Shown: piece by piece, positions 30,082 through 40,081 of the stretch | Position numbering within the stretch: position 1 is the first letter of the stretch | How the letters are laid out: each line of letters begins with the position of its first letter | NCBI GenBank assembly: GCA_019058315.1 | Contig: JAHPZH010000002.1 | Span: forward strand, 753,625 to 817,624 | Direction of reading: 5' to 3' | DNA from: Candidatus Helarchaeota archaeon | GTDB taxonomy: Archaea; Asgardarchaeota; Lokiarchaeia; Helarchaeales; RDOG01 | Length of the DNA: 64,000 nt | Position numbers and translations under genes: made by a program | The notes under the pieces: generated by a model | Databases searched by the model: none | What the model saw: the letters and a program-made list of their open reading frames with translations, nothing else | What the model was told of the DNA's origin: nothing

Positions 30082-30267
30082 CCATAAATTTTTAATCGTT
30101 ATGTAGTACCTTCTTTTTTTTTTAACATTTGAGAAGTTCTTAAAATTTTATTAAAATATTTATTTAAAAGACTTTTTTTAAATCTTACACTTAATTTATT
30201 AATATAGTACGAAAAAATATGTATTGTATTAAATTTTATTTACTAAGTTTAAGTATAAGGTCTAATT

Positions 30268-31077
30268 ATGAACGAAGAATATTTAGATGAATTATTTGGC
30301 ATCTTACATTCATCAATAAGATTACATATTATTAATTTATTAATAAATGAAAAATCAGAACTCAGATTTAATGAAATATCTAAGTTATTAAATATAAATC
30401 CATCAACTTTAGAAAACCATTTGAAAAAATTATTATCTCTCGGATTAATAACTCATGAAAATGAAAAATATTATAAAGCAAACTTAAATTCGGAAATTAT
30501 ATGGTTTCTAATTAATAAATTTCAACAAATAAAAAATAATTCTTATTTTAGCAATCATAGAATTGCCGAATTAAATTCGGAGTTATTAAATACTTTCTTG
30601 GATCTCAAATTTGAAATATTAAATAATGGTATTTCAATTGCTTCTCAATTCATTGATGATTTTAAGAAATCTAGTGAAATTCTAAAAATAGGGGGGGCAA
30701 TTGATTTAGAGTTTGAAGAGAATTTCATGAAAATTATTAATCTTAATTTTAAAAATACCAAAATTGAGATTATTCTTTCCGAAAAAAATGCTAGTAATTT
30801 TTTAAGATTAAAAAATGAAAATTTAATCTTTAGAGATGTTCCTAATTCAAAAATTTCTGTATATATTACTACTAATCCTAATTTGTATTTAATGATTCTA
30901 GCAAATTCAGGATTCCTATTTTTTCCTGATTTAAATTTCAAATTAGATTATGAAAATTGCCTATATATGAAAACAAACAATGGAGTTAATTGGCTACTTA
31001 AACTTTTTAATTATTTAAAGCAAAAATCGAAATTAATCTCACTGGATATACAACAAGATATCAAGAATAAGATTTGA
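30268..31077 (+). CDS. Winged-helix (ArsR-like) transcriptional regulator with a ~180-aa C-terminal domain of unknown function
   Basis: The N-terminus SIRLHIINLLINEKSELRFNEISKLLNINPSTLENHLKKLLSLGLI is an HTH plus wing. Confidence 0.5.
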   Translation: MNEEYLDELFGILHSSIRLHIINLLINEKSELRFNEISKLLNINPSTLENHLKKLLSLGLITHENEKYYKANLNSEIIWFLINKFQQIKNNSYFSNHRIAELNSELLNTFLDLKFEILNNGISIASQFIDDFKKSSEILKIGGAIDLEFEENFMKIINLNFKNTKIEIILSEKNASNFLRLKNENLIFRDVPNSKISVYITTNPNLYLMILANSGFLFFPDLNFKLDYENCLYMKTNNGVNWLLKLFNYLKQKSKLISLDIQQDIKNKI

Positions 31078-31302
31078 AAGCACTCAATAAATTGTGTTTA
31101 TCTTTGGTCCATATCCACGAAAAAATCTTCAAATCTTAGTATTTTAAGATAGAAGTAAATTAGCAAATATTTCTTAACCTTTAAACAATATTTTCAATAA
31201 AATACTAATTTTTTCGTACAGCATGAATTAAATAAAAATATACTCTGATTTTAAAAATTAAATTTAAATTTGATAATTTTGTATGTTTTTAACAATTAAA
31301 AA

Positions 31303-31318
31303 GGGAAGTAATCTTCCC
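31303..31318 (+). promoter_or_regulatory. Perfect 6-bp stem / 4-nt loop palindrome (GGGAAG TAAT CTTCCC), 28 nt upstream of the flotillin start
   Basis: It is a GC-rich palindrome in an otherwise AT-rich intergenic region. Confidence 0.3.
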
Positions 31319-31345
31319 AAATGGGAAAAACAGAGTTAGAAAAAA

Positions 31346-32656
31346 ATGTTTGAGGAAATTAATTTCTTGATTGTAGGAATAATAATTGTTGGGATTATTG
31401 TATCCTTTCTATTCATAATTTTCATGGTATCTCGATATAGGAAATTCAAAACAAATGAGTATGTAATTCATCTTAGAAATGGAAAAGTCAAGAGTGCTGG
31501 TCTAGGTGGAAATATATGGTTATTACCTTTAATTGATGATTACATTATTATACCAACGACAAGCATCCAAACAAATTTAGAAGCACATGAACAAGTACTT
31601 TCAAAAGAATATCAAAGTATTAGTATAACAGGTATGCTAATTTGGAAAGTCATAAATGCCGAAAAAGCATTCTCAGCTGTTTCTTGGGACCCTAGAAATG
31701 AACATTACGTAGAAAAGATTCTTAAAAATGCAGCAGAGGCGATTATCAGGACTACATGCGCCAATATGGAAATAGAAAAGATTATTCGAGAGCGTTCAGA
31801 TATTATAAAGAATATTAGCAAAGAATTACACGAAATTACTTCGGATTGGGGAGTTATAATCGAATCTATCGAAATTATAGAAGTAAATATTTTAAACCCA
31901 GAATTAAAGAAAAACATGGAAGCAATAAAGCAAGCAGAACAATCAAGAAGTGCAAGAATCGCCACTGCCAATTCTGAAATGGAATCTCGTTTAAGAGAAC
32001 TTGAGATGAAAAATGAAGTTGGTATTCGGGATCAACTTGTGGAAAAAGAAATTGAATTAAAGAAAAAAGATAAAGAGATAGCAATCGCACAAAAAGAACT
32101 AGAGAGAAAAACAATTGAAGCTGATGGAGAAAGAAAGAAGATAGTTATTGAAGCTGAGGCTCAAGCTGAACAAATAAAAAAGAAGTTAATTGCTAAAGCA
32201 GAAGGTGAGGCTGAAGGTATAAGAAGACAAATGCTTGCTCAAGCTGAGGGAATTAAAAAACAAGTGGAAGCAGTAAGTAGTTCAGATGAAAGGTTTGCAA
32301 TAGCTCAATTAATAGACAGATTACCTAAAATATTTGAAAATATTAAACCTGAGAAGATGTTTATCATGGGAAATGGTGATGAATCGTTTAATGCAATATC
32401 TAGATCAATTTTACCTTTCTTAATATTACTTCCAGAATATAGAAGAATTTTTGAGAATGGACAATTGCATACAGTTGATAAACATGCCGAGACTTTGCCA
32501 ATAACTCCCGAAGAACTAAAAAATAAACTTGCTGAAACTCTACCAATAATTTCTGAGGAATTAAAAAATAAACATGCCGAATCTTTCCCAATAACTCCCG
32601 AGGAACTAAAAAATAAACATACTCAAAATTCCAAATACATCCTGAGGAATAAATAA
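31346..32656 (+). CDS. Flotillin-like SPFH/band-7 protein with a C-terminal 3x15-aa tandem repeat
   Basis: An N-terminal TM helix and an SPFH domain are followed by Ala/Glu flotillin heptads (EAEAQAEQIKKKLIAKAEGEAEG). The C-terminus carries three copies of AETLPITPEELKNKH. Confidence 0.75.
   Translation: MFEEINFLIVGIIIVGIIVSFLFIIFMVSRYRKFKTNEYVIHLRNGKVKSAGLGGNIWLLPLIDDYIIIPTTSIQTNLEAHEQVLSKEYQSISITGMLIWKVINAEKAFSAVSWDPRNEHYVEKILKNAAEAIIRTTCANMEIEKIIRERSDIIKNISKELHEITSDWGVIIESIEIIEVNILNPELKKNMEAIKQAEQSRSARIATANSEMESRLRELEMKNEVGIRDQLVEKEIELKKKDKEIAIAQKELERKTIEADGERKKIVIEAEAQAEQIKKKLIAKAEGEAEGIRRQMLAQAEGIKKQVEAVSSSDERFAIAQLIDRLPKIFENIKPEKMFIMGNGDESFNAISRSILPFLILLPEYRRIFENGQLHTVDKHAETLPITPEELKNKLAETLPIISEELKNKHAESFPITPEELKNKHTQNSKYILRNK
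32486..32620 (+). repeat. Three in-frame 45-nt tandem repeats inside the flotillin gene
   Basis: The unit gccgagactttgccaataactcccgaagaactaaaaaataaactt and two near-identical copies. Confidence 0.8.
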
Positions 32657-32759
32657 TCTGATATTTATCAGTAAGGATTAATCACTAAACTTTCCCAATA
32701 AAAAGAATATTTTAATTTAAATAAAAAATGGAATAAAAAATATTAAAGGGTATTGATAA

Positions 32760-33617
32760 ATGGACTTATATAATATTTTCTTTAATATTTGCCTAGGTTT
32801 ATTTATTGGTGGGGTAATAATGTCGATTATTTCGATAATTCTTGCAGGGACAACAATTCAACATCAAAGTTTGGGACATATTGATCATACAGCTTATATT
32901 GACCATATTGACCACATCGACCATCTTGACCACACCCTTGCTCATATAGAACATGTCGACCATGCTGACCATACCCCTACTCATATAGAACATGTCGACC
33001 ATGCTGATTTTATCAATCAAACAGAGCATATAGGACATTTGGGCAAGGAACATTTACATAAAATTAATCATTTCAAAGATTCAGGGAATATTAATGGCCA
33101 TAAAGATATAACGCCCGCTCCTTTTATGCTTTTATTTTCGGAATTTTTATTGGTATTTGGAATTTCTGGCATTTTATATTATTTTATTATAATTGAATGG
33201 CCGAAATGGATAATATTTTTCATCACACCATTAACCAGTTTTCTGTTTGTAGAGCTCGTTTCAATGTTGTGGAAAAGAATTGCAATAAATAGACATTATG
33301 AAACCATTTCTAGTAAAAATATAATTGGAACGATTGGAGAAGTAGTTTTAGATGTGGATAGTAAAGGTGGTATTATCAAGATTAACTCTAACACGCCAAT
33401 GGAATTTGAAAAAATACATTCGAAACCATTACACCCAGAGAAGCAGTTTTCTAAAGGTCAGCACGTATTTATTTATGCAAAAAAGGATGGATATTTTCTA
33501 ATAGACAATAAAATACCCCTAGAGGAAGAGATAGAATCTTGTCCTAATTGTGGAGCAATAATAGTGGAGGAGAATGAGTGTTATTGCGTATATTGTGGAG
33601 CAAAATTATTACAATAA
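32760..33617 (+). CDS. NfeD/YqiJ-like membrane protein (flotillin partner) with a His-rich HxDH repeat region, a C-terminal OB fold and a C4 zinc ribbon
   Basis: It carries HIDHTAYIDHIDHIDHLDHTLAHIEHVDHADHTPTHIEHVDHAD, two TM helices, the OB-fold segment GTIGEVVLDVDSKGGIIKIN...GQHVFIYAKKDGYFLIDN, and CPNCG...CVYCG. Confidence 0.6.
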   Translation: MDLYNIFFNICLGLFIGGVIMSIISIILAGTTIQHQSLGHIDHTAYIDHIDHIDHLDHTLAHIEHVDHADHTPTHIEHVDHADFINQTEHIGHLGKEHLHKINHFKDSGNINGHKDITPAPFMLLFSEFLLVFGISGILYYFIIIEWPKWIIFFITPLTSFLFVELVSMLWKRIAINRHYETISSKNIIGTIGEVVLDVDSKGGIIKINSNTPMEFEKIHSKPLHPEKQFSKGQHVFIYAKKDGYFLIDNKIPLEEEIESCPNCGAIIVEENECYCVYCGAKLLQ

Positions 33618-33661
33618 AAAAAATCGGTCAAAAAGAGTAAGACTAAATATACTCTATTTTT

Positions 33662-34336
33662 TTAATTATTCTGTATAACCCTTTTTTTACGTCCAATTCC
33701 AGGTAAGAATTGCCCGGTACTTGCAGCGTACTCGTCATATAAAGAACCGAAGATATTAAACATCAAATTTTCCTCAGCAATTGCTTGAAACGGTAAGGCA
33801 ATCAGAAAGATTACAGCGTAGAAAACTATTAACCAAATTCCTGTGGCGAGGAAAAAAAAGAGAAATTCGAATGCTGCTTCTATGTAGCCTGGGTGACGTA
33901 CATAATGATAAGGACCCCCCGTTGCTAGAATATATTTACCCGAAAGCGGTTTATAGAGTCTTGTAAAATTTACATTATAAAAAAAGACACTTATGGACCA
34001 ACCTAAGCATAGAAAAAGTCCAATGATACCAGTCCAATTGACCCAATTGGGCAAGTCAATAGCAAAAATAGAATTTATTAAATCCCAAAAGTCAAATATA
34101 CATGAGATGATCACGATAATCTCCAATATTGCATTGATAATTGGCGGTATTGCGACCCCTAATTGTGTCCATCGATTTCCTGGACTTTGTTCAGCATTTT
34201 TTAATCCAACTCTATCAATGAGGACTGAGCCGTTAGGTAGTTTATTACTTCGGGTTAGTCTTATGATTCCTAAAACAATGAGAAAAGCAATTCCACTACC
34301 AAGAAAACAGATTAATATAGTTAATTTATCAAGCAT
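33662..34336 (-). CDS. Isoprenylcysteine carboxyl methyltransferase (ICMT) / PEMT-family membrane methyltransferase
   Basis: It is multi-TM with the hallmark GGPYHYVRHPGY...EE motif. Confidence 0.7.
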   Translation of the reverse strand: MLDKLTILICFLGSGIAFLIVLGIIRLTRSNKLPNGSVLIDRVGLKNAEQSPGNRWTQLGVAIPPIINAILEIIVIISCIFDFWDLINSIFAIDLPNWVNWTGIIGLFLCLGWSISVFFYNVNFTRLYKPLSGKYILATGGPYHYVRHPGYIEAAFEFLFFFLATGIWLIVFYAVIFLIALPFQAIAEENLMFNIFGSLYDEYAASTGQFLPGIGRKKRVIQNN

Positions 34337-34454
34337 GATATCGTTTTATTATTTTATGTATCTCATATTAAACTGGATATATAATTAATTTATTGGATTT
34401 TAATATAAGAATTTATTAGTTTATTGGATAATTATTTTGCTAATCTTATCTATC

Positions 34455-34530
34455 TAATAAGTATTGTACGAAAATAAGCGTATTTTATTAAAATTTATTC
34501 ACTAATTTTTATAAATTAATTTTCTTCACT
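34455..34530 (+). promoter_or_regulatory. Conserved intergenic element family 2, copy 1 (gtattgtacgaaaa..gtattttattaaaatttattcactaatttttataaatt)
   Basis: It is about 85% identical to 51655..51730 and lies upstream of a plus-strand membrane-protein gene. Confidence 0.45.
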
Positions 34531-34600
34531 AGAAATCAAATAAAATTTTGAGAAATTAAATTTTAATCTAAAAATATTTTTAAAATTTGGTGGAATAATT

Positions 34601-35323
34601 ATGTCACAAGATTTCGACGAGGTTATTCTCCGGTCATATCCAAAAATCATATTCTTCTGGCCTACGGCAATAGTTTCGGCAATACTCGGATTATTTGCTC
34701 AATTTATACCCATTATGAATGTATCTCCCTTAGACTTTTTATACCAAACTTCACTTAGTAATGGGTGGACAATAGATTGGAGAGTCATATTAGGTTTAAT
34801 TTGGTTCGGTAGCTTTACGGCTAATCTCTTTGTCATTTCATTTGATTACAGTAGTTCAAAAGTTATTGCTTTAATCTTATGTGTTATAGTTGGTGTTCTT
34901 GTAATAATATTATTATTAATATATTTTCCAAATCTCGGTCAAAAATTACCACGATTTTCGATAAATGAATTAGGTCTCACGATGTCTTTTGAGTTTTACT
35001 ATACAATAGCTGGACTTTTCGGATTTACATTTTTAATTATTTGGATAGGAAAACATTGGGACTACTATAAAATTACTTCCCAAGATATTATTCATAAGAA
35101 CGGAATTCTTGGAGATGAGGAAAGGTTTCCTGCTCCCAATATTCATATCCATAAAAGAATCACTGATGTTTTTGAATTTCTGTTACTTAAATCCGGAGAA
35201 CTTACTATTATACCCGCTCAAAGAACTACAATAATTCACTTACCTAATGTATTAAATATTAATAAAAAAGAGAAAGAGATTCAAGAAGTCTTAAAAACGC
35301 TTGAAGTCGAAGTAGAGAAATGA
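34601..35323 (+). CDS. Membrane protein (3 TM) with a C-terminal PH-like domain, paralog of 16824..17543
   Basis: About 60% aa identity over the full length, including the shared MSQDxDEVILRxYPKIIFFWPTA N-terminus and the FPAPNIHIHKRI(S/T)DVFE(Y/F)LLLKSGELTIIPAQRT block. Confidence 0.5.
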   Translation: MSQDFDEVILRSYPKIIFFWPTAIVSAILGLFAQFIPIMNVSPLDFLYQTSLSNGWTIDWRVILGLIWFGSFTANLFVISFDYSSSKVIALILCVIVGVLVIILLLIYFPNLGQKLPRFSINELGLTMSFEFYYTIAGLFGFTFLIIWIGKHWDYYKITSQDIIHKNGILGDEERFPAPNIHIHKRITDVFEFLLLKSGELTIIPAQRTTIIHLPNVLNINKKEKEIQEVLKTLEVEVEK

Positions 35324-35409
35324 TAATGGTTTATTTGGAGTGAATGACTGTCTCAATTATAAAATTGATTAATTTGGTGAATCTATATAATATTTAATCT
35401 GGTGTTTAA

Positions 35410-35769
35410 ATGAAAACTGACCTATTTTCAAATGTGATGGAGTTCCTAAAAAACGAAAAAATCAAGATTATAAAAAGGAAGATCTCCGAATCAGAATTTC
35501 TGTTTGAAAACCCAGACTCATTGATTACTGTTAAATTTGTAATGAACAATATAAACCACGAGATTTTGTATGATATCTACTCAACTAAATATTATATACA
35601 TTTAAAAGAGGAGACAATAAAGGACGTGGAAAAATTGGAGTCTATCGCAGAAGATTATGGTAATTGGAATTTTGCGAAAGCTGTAGAGGATATATGGCTA
35701 ATTATTGACGAAATCAAGTATTGGGCTTATAATAATGATTTTGGAGTTAAAGAAAAGGAATTAATTTAG
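35410..35769 (+). CDS. Hypothetical protein
   Basis: A 119-aa ORF with an AT-rich codon pattern consistent with its neighbours; no motif was recognised. Confidence 0.35.
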   Translation: MKTDLFSNVMEFLKNEKIKIIKRKISESEFLFENPDSLITVKFVMNNINHEILYDIYSTKYYIHLKEETIKDVEKLESIAEDYGNWNFAKAVEDIWLIIDEIKYWAYNNDFGVKEKELI

Positions 35770-35828
35770 CTTTTAAATTTTCTATTTCTTATAAAATATT
35801 TCCGAACAAACAGGAATGATCTTATTAA

Positions 35829-36647
35829 ATGTATGAAACTGGAATCGTTTTAGGAATTATAATTAGCATATTATATCCTCTATCTATTGCTTTAGTATTA
35901 AAAAAATTCAAATTCGACGATAAACGTTGGAAATATCTATTAATTGCCTTTATAATAGGTGCTCTTTTCTTTTTTATTGGGTTAATTCGTAAAATCTATG
36001 TTTACTTTATTCCTTTGCCCACACTCCTATGGATAGATTTAGTTGTTACTGGATTTATTGAGGAGTTAATGAAATTACTCGTTATATTAATAATCATTAA
36101 AAAATTACCTGCAGATCTTAAAGAAGCTCCTTATTATGGTTTACTTATTGGTCTAGGATTTGGTGCAGGAGAAATGTTATATATTCTATTACCTCTCCCC
36201 ACTTTAGCACCGGCTTACGAGAACGCGATAATAGCAAATTTAATATTTGCAACATTAACAACATCTCCACTCTCTGATTTGTTTTGGTACTACGTTATTG
36301 TTTACACAAATTATTGGCTCCAAATTACTTCTGTGGTAAATATATTTGGTATACCTCTCATTAATTTGTACGAGAGATTAATTATAGTTCCATTTCATGC
36401 TACTACTGCAATATTAATTGGTCAAGGATTTAAAGCAGAAAGTCCCAGATTTAAGCTATTTGGAATAGAGTTTACACCTAAAATCAATTATTTCTTAATA
36501 GCCATTGGATTGCATATTGTAATCGATCTTTTTGCAGTATTAAATTATTTATTAGTAATAACAACTGAAATTATGGAAATAATCATTACTCCAATAGCGT
36601 TATCAACTTTCATTGTTGTTATATGGCTATTTATTCTAAAGGATTAA
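35829..36647 (+). CDS. Polytopic membrane protein, possibly a PrsW/CPBP-type intramembrane metalloprotease
   Basis: It has about 8 TM helices with an EExxK motif (GFIEELMKL) and a later HxxxD (HIVID). The FxxxH motif is not clear. Confidence 0.3.
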   Translation: MYETGIVLGIIISILYPLSIALVLKKFKFDDKRWKYLLIAFIIGALFFFIGLIRKIYVYFIPLPTLLWIDLVVTGFIEELMKLLVILIIIKKLPADLKEAPYYGLLIGLGFGAGEMLYILLPLPTLAPAYENAIIANLIFATLTTSPLSDLFWYYVIVYTNYWLQITSVVNIFGIPLINLYERLIIVPFHATTAILIGQGFKAESPRFKLFGIEFTPKINYFLIAIGLHIVIDLFAVLNYLLVITTEIMEIIITPIALSTFIVVIWLFILKD

Positions 36648-36657
36648 AAATATAAAG

Positions 36658-37308
36658 TCATTGCATAGAATTTTTAAGTTTTTCAATAATTTTGAACTGT
36701 TTAACATCTTCAATATCTCGACCAATCACAAAAGAACCGACTATCATTATATAGCATCCAAATAGAATATCAGAGAAAGCTACTCCATGAATGACGAATA
36801 TAAAACCAGGAACTATAAAACAAATACCAAAGAAACCTTCATGAAAATGATAACCTAAAACGTCGATCTCTATAATCTGTTTGCCCAATCTATCAGTAAT
36901 ATGTGGTAAAACTAATAAAATCCAAAGAACGAACGCAACTGATAGAACATCTGCTACAAATAATATAATTGGGGGAACTATTTCGACATGATAAAACCCA
37001 ATAAAAGTAAAGATTGGAATTATAATTAAAAAAAGGAGAAAGGTAAATGCTTTTTTATGTCCTTTTAACTGATGTTCGGGTTCTTTATTTTTTGAGAAAA
37101 TTCCACTAATACCAACGAAAAAAATTCCAATTAGAATAATGAAAATACAAAGTGTTCGAGTTAATGGAAGGGAATTTCTTAGTTCTGTTACGTAAAGATA
37201 GTTTAATATTAAAATTGCGGCATGAATAAATCCCAAAATTAATCCAATGCTTATTGTGAAAATGCCTAATTTTATAATTCTCCTCATTTTCAAATCATTT
37301 AAGAACAT
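36658..37308 (-). CDS. Hypothetical membrane protein
   Basis: A 216-aa protein with about 6 hydrophobic helices. Confidence 0.35.
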   Translation of the reverse strand: MFLNDLKMRRIIKLGIFTISIGLILGFIHAAILILNYLYVTELRNSLPLTRTLCIFIILIGIFFVGISGIFSKNKEPEHQLKGHKKAFTFLLFLIIIPIFTFIGFYHVEIVPPIILFVADVLSVAFVLWILLVLPHITDRLGKQIIEIDVLGYHFHEGFFGICFIVPGFIFVIHGVAFSDILFGCYIMIVGSFVIGRDIEDVKQFKIIEKLKNSMQ

Positions 37309-37361
37309 TAACTGAAATCATGGTGGAAATTAAGATAAAATTAAAAAAAATCTAAAAAAAG

Positions 37362-39815
37362 TTAAGATTTTTCTTTTCTTCTTTTTATTAATTTGTATAG
37401 ACCGACTTTTAAAAGGTCTGTTAAGACAAAAAGTACCAGAGCATATATCCAGACAAACAAAGCAAGAATCCAACCAATTGGTGAAACAATAAAACCATAT
37501 ACTGTGATGAAGGTTGCTATTGTTTGGGTAATTACAACTGCAAAGAATAGAATTTTACTTGGTTTAATAGACCAAAAAGGACCTCGTGTACGTGCTACAA
37601 ATAGAGTCAAATGTCCAGCAACGGAAAGTTTTAAATATATAAAGGATTGAATCGTCTCCTTGGGAAGGTGTAATATGACCTGAGCAATATAGAAAATACC
37701 AAAAGAAGATCCAACACCTATTATTCCTAGAAAGGTTGATACCATCAGAACCATCCTCATATTCCATCTTTCTGGTTCATTTGAATAAGTAACATTATCA
37801 TAGGCAATAGTCATTATTGGTGCATCATTAAGAAGTGCTAAGAGAACTATCATAATGGCTGTTACGGGATAAAAATTAAACACTATTATTGAAACAGTCA
37901 TAAAGAGTAAAACCCGAATAGTTTCAGCGATTCGATAAAGTGAATAATTATTCATGCGTTGAAATATTTTACGGCTTTCTTTAATGGAATCAATAATAAC
38001 TGATAGCCCCGGTCTTGTGAGAACAATATCTGCTGCTGATTTAGCAGCATCAGTAGCATTTGCAACTGCTATTCCTGCGTCAGCTTTCTTCAAAGCTGGG
38101 GCATCATTAACTCCATCCCCAGTCATGCCAACAATATGTCCTGCATTTTGGAGTAAATCGACAATATGAAATTTATGTTCAGGAAAAACTTGAGCAAAAC
38201 CATTAGCTGTTTCAACAATTCGTTGAGCTTCATTGTCTGGTTTATCTATGAATGAAGAAATTGGAACCATATTGGTCTCTAAATCTACTTGGAGAGCAAC
38301 CTCCTTGGCGATAGCTATATGATCACCAGTAACCATTTTGACATCAACACCCATTGATTTTGCTGTATCGATAGTTTCCTTTGAATCTTCACGAGGAGGA
38401 TCATATAGTGGAATAAGTCCGATATATTCCCAATTTCCTTGTGAATCAGTTTTAGCCAAACCTAATGTTCGATATCCTTTATGTGCATAAGTGTTAATTA
38501 TTTCATTAATCTTAGTACTAATTGCTTCATCGTTAGCCAGAAGTGACAGAATAACTTGAGGTGCTCCCTTGGAAACGTTGAAAATTTTTCCAGTGTTATC
38601 CTCTATTTTAGCTTCTGTACGTTTTGCGACTGGATCAAAGGGTTTAAATGCAGTGACTTTATAAGGTTTGAGAAGTTTTTCAGAGGATTGTAGTGTTTTA
38701 AATTTTGTAATAATTGCATTATCAATAGGGTCTTGATCTTCTTCTCTGGATGCCAAAGTGGCAAGTAATAAAACATCTTCATCTGTATAACTGTCAAAAT
38801 GAGTCAGTTCTGCCACGCTTAACTCGTTTTTTGTTATTGTGCCTGTTTTATCTGAGCATAAAACATCCATTCCTGCCATTTCTTCAATAGCAACAAGCCT
38901 GCTGACAATGGCTTCCTTTTTAGCTAAAGATGTCGCACCGATCGCCATAGTTACAGATAGAACTGCCGGTAGAGCAACTGGAATAGCTGCGACAATCAGA
39001 ACCAGTGCAAATTGAAGAGTTTCTGCTATACTTTCCTGACGAAACATTGCTACAAAAAATATAAGAATAACCAAAAAAACAGCAACAATGATTAAAAAAT
39101 TTCCAATTTTCATGACTGCTTTTTGGAAATGACTTCTCTTTTCAGCTTCTTCTATCATTTTAGTAGTTTTACCGAAATATGTATTCATTCCTGTTGTAAC
39201 AACAATAGCATCTACCTCACCTTGCCGAATAATAGAACTGGAATAGGATATATCCTCAACATGTTTTTCTACAGGTAAGGATTCACCTGTCAATGCAGAT
39301 TCATCTGTAAGCAAATAATCTCCACATATTATTTTAGAATCCGCAGGGACAATGTCTCCAAGGCGTAATCGTAGCATATCACCTGGAACAAGATCTCTGG
39401 CCTCTATATCTTGCCATTCACCATCACGTAAGACTCTAGCCCTCAGTGCCAATTTCTCTTTTAATAATTCAATTGCATTATCCGCTTTATGTTCCTCCCA
39501 GAAACGAACTACTGCATTTAAAAGCAGTAAAATAATTATTATAATGAAATCATCCCAATGATCAATAATTGCTGATAAGATGGCTGCAATTTCAATCATC
39601 CAAGGAATGGGTCCCCAAAAATTTTTCAAAAATTTGATAAAGGGATTTTTTTTCTTTTCAGAGATTTCATTAGGACCGTATTTTTGAAGACGATTACTCG
39701 CTTCTAAATTAGATATTCCTTTATCTGTTGTAGAAAGTTTATTTAACAATTCATCAATCTGAATATTTTTGGCTTGTTCAGTAGTTATTATATTTTCTTG
39801 CATAACTAAATTCAT
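37362..39815 (-). CDS. P-type ATPase, type IIIA (plasma-membrane H+-ATPase-like)
   Basis: It has DKTGT (CSDKTGTITKN), TGDHIAIAKE and GDGVNDAPALKKADAGIAV. The N-terminal LQKYGPNEISEKKKNPFIKFL and SRKIFQRMNNYSLYRIAETIRV resemble fungal or plant PMA-type pumps. Confidence 0.85.
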   Translation of the reverse strand: MNLVMQENIITTEQAKNIQIDELLNKLSTTDKGISNLEASNRLQKYGPNEISEKKKNPFIKFLKNFWGPIPWMIEIAAILSAIIDHWDDFIIIIILLLLNAVVRFWEEHKADNAIELLKEKLALRARVLRDGEWQDIEARDLVPGDMLRLRLGDIVPADSKIICGDYLLTDESALTGESLPVEKHVEDISYSSSIIRQGEVDAIVVTTGMNTYFGKTTKMIEEAEKRSHFQKAVMKIGNFLIIVAVFLVILIFFVAMFRQESIAETLQFALVLIVAAIPVALPAVLSVTMAIGATSLAKKEAIVSRLVAIEEMAGMDVLCSDKTGTITKNELSVAELTHFDSYTDEDVLLLATLASREEDQDPIDNAIITKFKTLQSSEKLLKPYKVTAFKPFDPVAKRTEAKIEDNTGKIFNVSKGAPQVILSLLANDEAISTKINEIINTYAHKGYRTLGLAKTDSQGNWEYIGLIPLYDPPREDSKETIDTAKSMGVDVKMVTGDHIAIAKEVALQVDLETNMVPISSFIDKPDNEAQRIVETANGFAQVFPEHKFHIVDLLQNAGHIVGMTGDGVNDAPALKKADAGIAVANATDAAKSAADIVLTRPGLSVIIDSIKESRKIFQRMNNYSLYRIAETIRVLLFMTVSIIVFNFYPVTAIMIVLLALLNDAPIMTIAYDNVTYSNEPERWNMRMVLMVSTFLGIIGVGSSFGIFYIAQVILHLPKETIQSFIYLKLSVAGHLTLFVARTRGPFWSIKPSKILFFAVVITQTIATFITVYGFIVSPIGWILALFVWIYALVLFVLTDLLKVGLYKLIKRRKEKS

Positions 39816-40081
39816 CCCTCTAAAATTTTTATTTATTACAATATAAAAATCTCTAAATGTTCAAAAATTAATTGATTTAATTTTAAAAATTAATTTAATA
39901 ACAATTCAAGAGAAAATATTCTTTTAAACCTTATTATTTTAGAAAATTCTGAGAGAATAATATAACCATGTAATAAATTTTGTATAATAGTGTATTTTTA
40001 AACACAAATGGGATTTGAAATAACAAATTTTTCAAAAAATTAAATAGTTTACTAATGAAATAATAATTTGGAAATGATATA

